64,000 nucleotides of DNA from Eledone cirrhosa (taxonomy: Eukaryota): NCBI GenBank assembly GCA_964016885.1, contig OZ024741.1:207824001-207888000 (forward strand). The letters are read 5' to 3'. This document shows positions 1 through 15,589 of the stretch, one piece after another. The translations under genes and the position numbers were made by a program. The notes beneath the pieces are model-generated. The model was not told the origin of the DNA, did not search any database, and saw nothing but the letters and a program-made list of their open reading frames with translations. Every line of letters starts with the position of its first letter. Positions within the stretch are counted from its first letter, which is position 1.

Positions 1-290
1 TATGTATGGTCACCAGTTGGTGCTACTGGTAACATGTATCCCAGTACAACCTGTCTCATGGTCGGGTCGTTGGCGACTAAACTGGCAACCCCACCAAGGT
101 TTCTTGGTGAGGAGGGAGACTTTGGACATCCTGCAGGACTAAAAACAAAACCTGTCAAAGGGCAAAGGAGCTCTTAAGAGTCAATGGCCATTCAAAATCA
201 CCGGGAGAGATGACCCCTTAGCCTTTGTCAAGGCAGAATTCTAGGAGAAGGAAAACTCTGATATAACACCTGCAACCCTGACGGTATCCA
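1..290 (+). mobile_element. Possible RTE-type LINE 5' UTR fragment
   Basis: Contains 'ctaggagaaggaaaactctga', which resembles RTE 5' regions as I recall them. No ORF follows. Confidence 0.3.
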
Positions 291-925
291 ATGATGTTGA
301 CTTGTTCTTCTTTTTGGTAAATATCATCTTGGTTAAGAGAGTGGGACTGGCTTTGTGCAGTGCCTTTGCTCACTATAAAAGCTTCACGGCACAGGCATTG
401 CTTTATATCTGGAGATCTCTCTGCACTTGTCGTCACATGGTACCATGGGCCCAGCACTATGTGTCAGTAATTGTCACAAGTGTAGTGTTTGTACCAGAGT
501 TTTCAAGTCGCTGGCTGGACTAAAAAGTCACACTCGTTCAGCGCATCGGTAGGGGTTCTCCTACATGGATATAAAGTAGTGGCCGTACTCGAAAACGAGT
601 TGGCAGCCACCATGTATGTATGTATGTATGTATGTATGTATGTATGTATGTATGTATGTATGTATGTATGTATATATGAATGTGTGTATATGCATGTGTG
701 TATATATTGGTGCCGCCGTCAGCTAGTGTAAAAACCATTTACAAACAAGAGAGAATGGTTATTATCTTGATTCTTCTCCCTACCAAACACAGACACACCC
801 TTCCTATAACTATTTCATTAGACATTCTATTTATTCTATTTATCTTCATTGCCTTCTTTTCACTTATTTATTCCTATCATAATTCTCTTCTTTTAATCCT
901 ATATTCTTTCACCCACCCCTTCATT

Positions 926-985
<60 letters not shown>

Positions 986-1014
986 TCGTTCATTCCTTCC
1001 TTCCCTCTTTCATT

Positions 1015-1203
1015 GTGGATTGGCAGTATCGGGAGAGGGTCGGACGCCATGCTTTGCAGCATAGAGTTACGGCCGTTTATGATCTGAGTTCAAATCCCGC
1101 CAAGGTTAACTTTGCCTTTCATCCTTATGGACTCGATAAAATAAGGTACCAGTAATGTACTGGGTATTTTGCTGGCCTTGTGCCAGAAGTAGAAACAATT
1201 ATT
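1015..1203 (+). mobile_element. tRNA-derived SINE (Nin/Deu-like core)
   Basis: A-box-like tggcagtatcgg, B-box gttcaaatcc, core gcctttcatcc...gataaaataaggtaccag, tail gtagaaacaattatt. About 10 copies in the window. Confidence 0.85.
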
Positions 1204-1942
1204 TCTTTATTGTTATCTGAGGGGTTAGGAGTAAAAGGTTGTATTGGTGATGGTACTGATTGTGTTTCATATGGCAGTGACGGTGGTGGTGTGTGTGTGT
1301 CGGTGTGGTTGAGTGGTTGCGTTGATGATTGTTATGTTTGTTGTAGTGTTTGTGGGAGCTGTAGCAGCGGCGGCGGTGGTGGTGTTGGTGGTAGTGGCCG
1401 CACACACAAATATTCACTGACTATAATACATACATACATACAAATAGAAATACCTTCGTACCTAATTTAGTTTTCGGGTTGTTTTACCATCAGAGTGAAA
1501 ATCGTGATAGAGCAGCGCTCTCATGTACACGAACGTGCACGCACACACTCACACACACACACACATACAGACACACACACATACACACACACACACTCAC
1601 ACTCACACATAAAATTAAAATGTCGTAAACATTACATTACAATACAATAGGAGAGAACATGATAATAGTACCATTGACGATGTTGCAGATGTGCAACGAA
1701 ACAACTTTGATAGACTATATATATACATTCATATCTGTATTTTTAACCGTTGTTCAGTCAATGATAAACATTGATTGCCAAACGAATTAACTATGGCGAT
1801 ATAAAAGATACAGAAGCAAAAACCAACCAAACAGTGAGTGTGTTCTGTTATTATTTCTGGCAATATTATTACAACAATATGACCCTCTACAAATATAACA
1901 ATGTTTGTTTCGACACAGGATTTCATATCAAAAACCTTGCAA

Positions 1943-1988
<46 letters not shown>

Positions 1989-2355
1989 CGTGTGTATATA
2001 TATATATATATATACATGAGCAGCTTGAGTCTTATCCTAACGTTACTAGATAGGTAACATGAACATCAAGATGGTTCAGTAGAGTCGTGAGGGTCTGAGC
2101 ATCCCTTTTTGGAACGCACAGCTCATCCATATATAATATAGAAAATGAATTTATTTACCAAACATGTCTACATTTGCGAGGCAGAGTCGTTATAACATCG
2201 GATATTCGTTTCGGCTCTCGGCTCCCTGAGTTCAAATCCGGCCATTTCACCATTGCATGTCATCCATTCAGTTCTCACGTCCATTCTCTCACACTCTATC
2301 CTTATCTGAAAGAAATCTACTGGATAGGAGATCGGCTACGTCAGGTTTAAAAATG

Positions 2356-2455
<100 letters not shown>

Positions 2456-2526
2456 AGATATATGTCCCAAGGCTCTGATACCATCAACACTATAAACACA
2501 GAGCTCGCATATATAAGAACTGACTA

Positions 2527-2578
2527 ACTGCCTGATGAGATCATAGCCATTCAATGGCTATCATCGAAATATATATAT
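2527..2578 (+). ncRNA. Hammerhead ribozyme, family A, truncated at the cleavage site
   Basis: actgc-CTGATGA-[gatcatagccat tca atggctatcatc]-GAAA-tatataTA. The 3' strand of stem I (gcagt, present at 52621) is missing. Confidence 0.75.
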
Positions 2579-2712
2579 ACATACATGCACACATCGGTTT
2601 ACGGAACATTTATTATAATGCTCGGTTTGTTTGTAAACAAAAAAACAGCCCGAATTACGCCGTACAGTGTTTAGGCAACCACGTCACCTTTTTGTTCAAC
2701 ACTGACACAGGA

Positions 2713-2755
2713 ACGATGTACTAGTTTCAAGCTTATTAGCTATCGTCAGCATCGT
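2713..2755 (-). ncRNA. Minimal type I hammerhead ribozyme (family B)
   Basis: Reverse complement reads acgatg-CTGACGA-tagctaataagctt-GAAA-ctag-TA-catcgt. Confidence 0.9.
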
Positions 2756-3147
2756 ATACCTTCCTGCCCGATGGTTGAACGTCTGAAAGTATATACTTTC
2801 CGTATGCATATTAACGGATGAGCAGCCTAATTTGCATATCAATGCATTATAATAAATGTTCGGTAAACCGATACGTGCATGTATATATGTGTGCATGTAT
2901 GTATATATATACATAGTACTGTGCGTATGTATACATATATGTATGTACATATACATACATACTTACATTTAAGTAAGTGCCGTACTAAGAGTGAGAAATG
3001 AAATTTCGTTTCATTCTATTCCATTTATAGTTTTCGGTGTGCCCGGCCGACTCAACTCTATCGATATGCAAATTTGGCTGCTCAGCCGTTAATATGCATA
3101 AGGAAAGTATATACTTACAGACGTTCAACCATCTGGCAGGAAGGTTT

Positions 3148-3190
3148 ACGATGCTGACGATAGCTAATAAGCTTGAAACTAGTACATCGT
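3148..3190 (+). ncRNA. Minimal type I hammerhead ribozyme (family B)
   Basis: acgatg-CTGACGA-tagct aata agctt-GAAA-ctag-TA-catcgt. 6-bp stem I, palindromic stem III, GUA cleavage triplet. Confidence 0.92.
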
Positions 3191-3466
3191 TCCTGTGTCA
3201 GTGTTGAAAAAAGGTGACGTGGTTGCCTAAACACTGTACGGCGTAATTCGGGCTGTTTGTTTGTTTACAAACAAACAAACCGTGCATTATAATAAATGTT
3301 CGGTAAAGCGATACGTGCATGTATATATGTGTGCATGTATGTATATATATATACACACTACCGTGCGTCTGTATACATATATGAATGTACGTATACATAC
3401 ATACATACTTACATTTAAGTAAGTGCCGTACTAAGAGTGAGAAATGAAATTTCGTTTCATTCTATT

Positions 3467-3530
<64 letters not shown>

Positions 3531-3535
<5 letters not shown>

Positions 3536-6500
3536 TAATAATGATAAATTTGAAGACTAAAATCCAAAGAGGTCTCGATAAGGATAAATATATATTAAAT
3601 ATATAAGAACCGTAGAGCAAATATTTATTAAAATAACAGATTTAAGTTTAAGCAAAGAATCGCTGTTTTCACCCTTAACGCGATCTTCTGAAACTAACAA
3701 AGTCAATCTGTGAACGCAGCAGTGAATATTTCAAAAAACGTTGCAACCGGAGGAAGACAGGAAGACGATAATTTGGTTCGTGGAAACGTTCCCTGGCAAA
3801 TAACGGGAAAAAACGAATATATTACGTAATTATTTGGAGCGGTGAAAAATAATTACACAAGCAAAGACACAACCATGTTTATGGTATAAAAGAAGTCGTA
3901 AACTAATATTCTCTTAGGTGGTTCATAGAGACGTTCTCTGGCAATGAACGGAAAAAACGAAGATAATACGTCATATGTGGAGTGTGGAGAACAATTGCAC
4001 GCAAAGACAAAACCACGTAAATGGTATAACTGAAGTCGTAGACTAAAATTCTAAGTAGGAAACCGAATGATTCTCCGCTTCAGAGTTAAAAATAAATAAA
4101 ATAAAATACAGAGGTAATTGACATTAAACAAAATCATACACGCATCCAACTACGTACATACACAAGCATACGCGAAAACACTCGTCATAGGTATACAAAT
4201 ACACAACATATAAATATGTGTGTGTGTGTGTGCGTGTAAACAAATAATTAAATAAACATATATAAATAAATGAATACGTATATAACAAGCGCGCACACAT
4301 ACCTACATGTACATACCGAAATGTTCGGAGACGTACGTCAACCAAAACACGAAGTACACATATACACACACCCTACACACGTATGAACCCGCATACTCAC
4401 ATAGACGCAAAACTCACGTATACACATAACCAAAAGCATATGTACCAGAATATATAAAATATACGCCATAACATATACAATCAAATATACGTACGAGAAA
4501 GTATACATACCTTCAAAAAAACTTACAGGTAATATATACGTACCTATGCAAATAAGTAATGGTATAAACATAACATATACTTAGCTACAACATCAAGACG
4601 TAAAATATCCGCGTATAGATCGTACTATACGTTAGGGTATAATGTGGGGCTGTAATACAGGAACGTTTTGAGCAATTTATGTTTACAAGCTGAAATTGCC
4701 TCAGATTATTTGTTTAAGATGTGGTCTGTGGCGTAGAGGATTTCCAGGGCCTCAGCGGCGCAGAGGTCGCATGGTCTTTTATTTCCGTTATACGATCTAG
4801 CTCGGATCTCCCAGTGTAACTTATATTGGGTGTGGTTGTCTATTAGACTCCAGATATAAGCTGAAAGTGACGTCATATTCCTTCTTAGAGGGTAACGAAA
4901 ATAATGGGCATGCATGTAAAGACGCTGCTTGAATCTATTGGCGGTTAACCCTATGTAGGCCCTACGGGACGTGGGTGTTTCAACCTTACATTTGTAGACA
5001 ATGTTACTAGAGAGGCATTTCCCGGATAGGGGGCAATCAACCCGATTTCTACAATTACAGTTAGTACTAAATACAGGGTTACACGTGTTCCTACGGCTAG
5101 GTAGTTTAGCTAAATTTGAAGCTGTGATGTTATGTACAAGGTTAGGAGTCGTAGAGTAAGAAATTTTAATAGTATTTCTATTAAACATTATACTATATTT
5201 ACGTGTAGGGGGAAAATGCTTCGTAATAAAGGATAGAAAGATCTTAGCTAATGGTGTGGCCACCTCCATATTATATGGTGGGTTATACCATATAATGCGT
5301 CGGGATCTATTTCTTCTAGGTCTATTCTCGTACTCTGTATATGCTACCTTATCGACAAATCCACTCCGAGCAAGAGCTTCATTGTAATTTGTGGAATGGT
5401 CGTTGGAAATATGCTCGTTAGTAGATAGACGGGAAAGCCTCTAAGAAAAGTTTCTTACCAGGTTCTTGGTTATGCTGGCAGGATGGTTGGAATGCTTACT
5501 TATGTAATTAAGCGTATCATTCGGCTTTCTATACGGGTAAACAAGCCATTCGATAAATTGAGGGTAACGTCGAGGTAATTAATAACCGAGAGGTTGGCCT
5601 CAAACTGTATAGAGAGGTAATAGCCTTTAAAGAAGGCTGTGAGTTCTTTTCTGAACCTGTCGCAAGCACGTGGGCCGCACTTAGTCATGGTCAAAAGACC
5701 GTCATCACGGTACAAACCGCCGCCCATGTTGGGGAATTCTTCCTGGATAGAGAAAAGAAGGAAAAGGCCGATAAGATCAGTAACCTCCGCAGAATCGCTG
5801 GCGTCCATACTCACGTCGAATGGGTTACTATTATATTTTTTAATCCAAATAGAGTCGTCGAAATTAATCACCGACTTACGGGCATTGAGGATGACATCAA
5901 CTTCAAAATCCTTAACCACTGTAAGTGTTTTAGCGAAATTCATAGCTCTAAGGAGAAGTGGTAAAGTGATGGAGGAGTAGTAATTATTGATTTCGAATTG
6001 GATAAAACGGCAATGTTCCTTGTTGCATGTGCTGTTGAACCAATCAATCACCGCGAAAGAATTGTTCCACAGTGCAAAAGGGGCCAAACTTCTAATTTCA
6101 GGTATAATTCTATCAAGAATCCTTTTACTAATTCTACCTAAATCGGACTTCGTAGGGTTAATAAGCCGAATAGAGGGGTTGTTCGGAAAATTGGAATGTT
6201 GATCCTTCAGGGTAAAGTGGGGAGAAATAGTGCTCAGAGGTTCGGTCCGGTCCAGGATATTGAGATCAGAGGTGATTTTAAAGCCAGCATCGTTGATTTC
6301 ATTGATGACGCACCGATTAGTTTTACGGTAATCCTTAGTTACAGCATTATGTAGTAGTTGATGTTCAGTACTGCGGCCCACTTGATATAGATTGCCAGTT
6401 TTGTCGGGGTGGACGTGCACGGCATTAGAATCCTTAATAGAAAGAATTCTATTCTTCAGGTCCTGCTGGAAGGAATTGCTCCTATTCCGAAATTTGATAC

Positions 6501-7645
6501 TCCGTATGAGTTCCAAGACATCATTTTCGAAGGGTAGCAATGCTGGGTTGCACGGATGGTTATTATAGATTTTAAACCCAAATGTATCCTGTTTGTTGGC
6601 TGCTTTTCGCTGATTATCGAAATAGAAGGCACGCCAACGCAACCTTTTATTGAACGCGTCTGTTTTCTGTATCAGGAGTTTTAGGTATGTTTTCCTGCTT
6701 GGTATGGGTATGTTCTTTGTAGAAATATTCAGATGTTTTTTTCTGCATGATGCATATAAGTCAATAGAGAGCTCAACCGAGGGAGGCAAATAGTAATTAT
6801 AATAAATTTGAAGACTAAAATCCAAAGAGGGCTCGATAAGGATAAATATATATCAAATACATAAGAACCGTAGGGCAAATATTTATTAAAATAACAGATT
6901 AAAGTTTAAGCAAAGAATCGTTGCTTTCATCCGTAACGGGATCTTCTGTAACTAACAGAGTCAATCTGTGAACGCAGAAGTGAATATTTCAAAAAACGTT
7001 GCAACCAGAGGAAGACAGGAAGACGATACTTTGGTTCGTGGAAACGTTCCCTGGCAAAGAACGGGAAAAAACGAATATAATACGTAATTATTTGGAGCGG
7101 TGAAACAATTACACGCAAAGACAAAATGACGTTTATGGTATAAAAGAATTCGTAGACTAATATTCTCTTAGGTAGTTCATAGAGACGTTCTCTTTCAATG
7201 AACGGAAAAAACGAAGATAATACGTCATATGTGGAGCGTTGAGAACAATTGCACGCAAAGACAAAACCACGTAAATGGTATAACTGAAGTCGTAGACTAA
7301 AATTCTAACTAGGAAACCGAATGATTCTCCGCTTCAGAGTTAAGAATAAATAAAATAAAATACAGAGGTAATTGAAATTAAATAAATACATACACGCATC
7401 CAAATACGTACATACACAAGCATACGCGAAAACACTCGCCATAGGTATACAAATACACAACATATAAATATGTGTGTGTGTGTGTTTTCACGAACCAAAG
7501 TATCGTCTTCCTGTCTGCCTCCGGTTGCAACGTTTTTTTAAATATTCACTTCTGCGTTCGCAGATTGACTTTGTTAGTTTCAGAAGATCCCGTTAAGGGT
7601 GAAAGCAGCGATTCTTTGCTTAAACTTTAATCTGTTGTTTTAATT
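3531..7645 (-). mobile_element. Penelope-like retroelement 1 (Naiad-like): pLTR-ORF-pLTR plus inverted pLTR piece
   Basis: Direct repeats ~3531-4230 and ~6790-7484 flank the ORF. An inverted pLTR fragment lies at 7486-7645. (TA)n on both sides. Confidence 0.92.
4640..6730 (-). pseudogene. PLE reverse transcriptase + GIY-YIG endonuclease (frameshift ~5540, TAG ~5442, TAA ~4706)
   Basis: HPDKTGNLY, LYRDDGL, YLDVTLNL; after the frameshift YPYRKPND..SNHP, IIWYNPPY, CNCRNRVDCPLSGKCL, IVYKC..AYIGLT..FKQR. Confidence 0.93.
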
Positions 7646-7655
7646 AATATATATC

Positions 7656-7693
<38 letters not shown>

Positions 7694-7780
7694 ATGAAAA
7701 ATTGAACAGGGACAGAACAGAGAGGCAGTACGACAAATGTTTATTAAATTCACGCTCAGGAGAGTGGGGGGTAGGTGGGG

Positions 7781-7815
7781 GACGACGTTTCGGGCATAAG
7801 CCCTTCTTCAGGTGA
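7781..7815 (-). ncRNA. Minimal hammerhead in a short PLE-type remnant (7693-7960)
   Basis: Reverse complement reads cac-CTGAAGA-agggc ttat gccc-GAAA-cg-TC-gtc. Stem I is weak. Confidence 0.7.
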
Positions 7816-7954
7816 GAGTTCAAAAGGTGTGTAGGGGAGTGGTGGAGAGACATATAGCGAAAGGAAACGGTGCGAATGAAAAATTAACAAATAAAGACAA
7901 AAATATAATAAATAATAAATAAAAATAAAGCATGATCAAAATACAAGGAATGAG

Positions 7955-10265
<2,311 letters not shown>

Positions 10266-10420
10266 ATATTTAACTCCGTCATAGCACCACCAACTACAAA
10301 AACAAAGACGGTTGAACTGCTTTACGTTGACTACTCTCTATATTATTGCATTACGATTGACCATACGGAATAGACCAACTCTATACAGTGGTGAACCTCA
10401 AACCTGAATATATATATATG

Positions 10421-10534
<114 letters not shown>

Positions 10535-10541
10535 CATACAT

Positions 10542-10614
<73 letters not shown>

Positions 10615-10672
10615 TATAGTAACGAAACATAAGTCAGTTGCATAAACTCATAATCCTTTATTTACTGCTATA

Positions 10673-12962
<2,290 letters not shown>

Positions 12963-12964
12963 AA

Positions 12965-14740
12965 GGGATGTTTAGGTATGTTTTCCTGCTTGTAGGGGTA
13001 TGTGCTTTGGGCACATAACATCACAGCTTCAAATTTAGCTAAACTACCTAGCCGTAGGAACATGTGTAACCCTGTAGCTAGTACTAACTGTAATTGTAGG
13101 AATCGGGTTGACTGCCCCCTATCCAGGAAATGCCCTCTTGTAACATTTTATCTACAAATGTAAGGTTGAAACACCCACGTCCCGTAGGGCCTACATAGGG
13201 TTAACCGCCAATAGGTTCAAGCAGCGTCGTTACATGAATACACATTCTTTTCTTAACCCTTTAAGAAGGAATATGACGTCACTTTCAGCTTACATCTGGA
13301 GTCGAAAAGACAACCACACCCAATATAAATTACACTGGGAGAACCTAGCTAAGGCTAGATCGTACAACTGTAATAAAAGACCATGTGGCCTATGCGCCGC
13401 TGAAGCCCTGCAAATACCCTACGCCAAAGATCGCATCTTAAACAAATAATCTGAGGCAATTTTGGCTTGTAAACATAACTTGCACAAAACTTTCCTGTAT
13501 TACAGCCCACATTATACCCTAACGGATAGTACGAACTATACGCAGATATTTTACGTCTTGATGTGTTAGCTAAGTATATGTTATGTTTATACCATTACTT
13601 ATTTGTATAGGTAAGTATATATTACCTGTATGTTTTGTGAAGGTTCGTATACTTTCTCGTACGTATATTTGCTTGTATATATTATGGTGTATATCTTATA
13701 TATACTGGTACATGTGCATATGGTTATGTGTATACGTGAGTTTTGCTTATGTGTGAGTATGCGGGTTCATACGTATGTAAGGTGGGTGTATATGTGTACT
13801 TTGTGTTTTGGTTGACGTTCGTCTGCGTACTTATGTGTATTTATAGGTGGTATGTGTGCGAGAGCGTTTATACGTATTTATGTGTGTATATTTATATACG
13901 TTTATATAATTATATGTATACACGCACACTCACACACACGCACACACACATATATATATATATATATTTTATATATGTTTTTATGTGTATTTGGTGTATA
14001 CGTTCGCATGTGTGCGGGTATATGCGTTGCGTGGGTTCTGTATGTGCGTGCGTTTTTTTTTGTTTTTTTTCGTACGTGCTTGTATTGGCTACCCATTGCG
14101 GATGTTTTCGCGTATGCTTGTGTGTGTACGTATATGGATGCGTGCATGTATATATTTAATTTCAATTACCTCTGTAATTTATTTACTTTATTCTTAACTC
14201 TGAAGCCGAGAATCATTCGGTTTCCTAATAGAATTTTAGTCTACGACTTCAGTTATACCATATACGTGGTTTTGTCTTTGCGTGTAATTGTTCTCAGCGC
14301 TCGACATAATGACTTATTATCTTCATTTTTTCCGTTCATTGCCAGAGAACGTCTCCACGTACCACCTAATAGAATATTAGTCTACGACTTCATTTACCAT
14401 AAACGTGGTTTTGTCTGTTCGTGTAATTGTTTTCACCGCTCCAAATTATAACGTATTATCTTTGTCTTTATCCGTTCTTTGCCAGGGAAAGTTTCCACGA
14501 ACCAAAGTATCGTCTTCCTGTCTTCCTTTGGTTGCAACGTTTTTTGAAATATTTACTTCTGCGTTCACAGATTGATTCTTTTAGTTTCAGAAGATCCCGT
14601 TAAGGGTGAAAGCAGCGATTCTTTGCTTAAACTTTAATCTGTTATTTTAATAAATATTTGCTCTACGGTTCTTATATATTTGATATATATTTATCCTTAT
14701 CGAGCCCTCTTTTGATTTTAGTCTTCAATTTTATTATTAT

Positions 14741-14745
<5 letters not shown>
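12965..14745 (+). mobile_element. 5'-truncated copy of Penelope family 1 (GIY-YIG + 3' pLTR)
   Basis: 13010-14745 matches the reverse complement of ~3531-5135 (LRRNMTSLSAYIWS...RPCGLCAAEAL). A ~40-bp oppositely oriented piece of the ORF start (cf. 6679-6720) sits at its 5' junction. Confidence 0.9.
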
Positions 14746-14797
<52 letters not shown>

Positions 14798-15257
14798 GAT
14801 CCGAAGGCATGGTATAGATTTCCAATCACTTTAATCACGACATATGTTTCAATAACAGATATGTCGATAGTGTGGTCATGATCGATTATCACTGATCTCG
14901 TCAGGTGAATAATGAATTATCTTCAAATCTTTGATACGAGGGAGGAAAAACTAACGATGTTCACTCACTTGAGTTCTGTTCCCCATATGAAGATTCAGCA
15001 GCCAAGACACGCCAACTGCTATCGTCTTCAGTCAGGGTCATAAATCTATCAAGTCTCTATCTCTCAATAGCTGTAAAAGACGCTGGACATGTCTAATCTC
15101 AACATCAAATCTGTAGAATTTCGGTCGGTCACAATTAGTGTGAGTGAGAACAGACACACCGACGCGAGGTCAGAAAAAGATATATTTACCAACGTAGTAT
15201 GCACCCAAATTAGGTTACAAAACCACAAACATCAAAGATTTGAAGACAATTCATTAT

Positions 15258-15331
15258 TCACCTGATGAGATCAGTGATAATCGATCACGACCACACGATC
15301 GATCTATTTCTTATTGAAACATTTGTCGTGA
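15258..15331 (+). ncRNA. Hammerhead ribozyme in the Penelope 2 pLTR (copies 14835-14908 on -, 19507-19580 on +)
   Basis: tcac-CTGATGA-[long stem II with atcgatc/gatcgat]-GAAA-cat(a/t)tg-TC-gtga. Confidence 0.85.
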
Positions 15332-15589
15332 TTTAAATGATTGGAAATTTATACCATGCCTTCGGATCTTTATTTTGATACAAATACTCCGCTTTACATC
15401 ATCTAGCTGTTCCCATAAATGGAATTGGAGATATACAGAAGCGTGGAGAATTTAATATTGCTAACAAAAGTTTATTGGACAGTATGACACAACCAATAAT
15501 ACACATTACTATGTAACAACTTAAAGCTCCTAATTGAGCACTTAATGCTGTTAAGCAAAAAATATGATGGAGAAATTCTCGGTGAACTC

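Larger units (their letters stand above)
2580..3470. mobile_element. Non-autonomous HHR element, family B (inverted arm 2580-2842 plus 1.4 tandem units of 440 bp)
   Basis: 2843 repeats at 3283. 2580-2842 is the reverse complement of part of the unit. The element ends in (AT)n. Confidence 0.85.

Noticed and set aside
1015-1110. tRNA genes
   Set aside because: A/B boxes belong to SINE heads followed by SINE core and tail. No complete cloverleaf.
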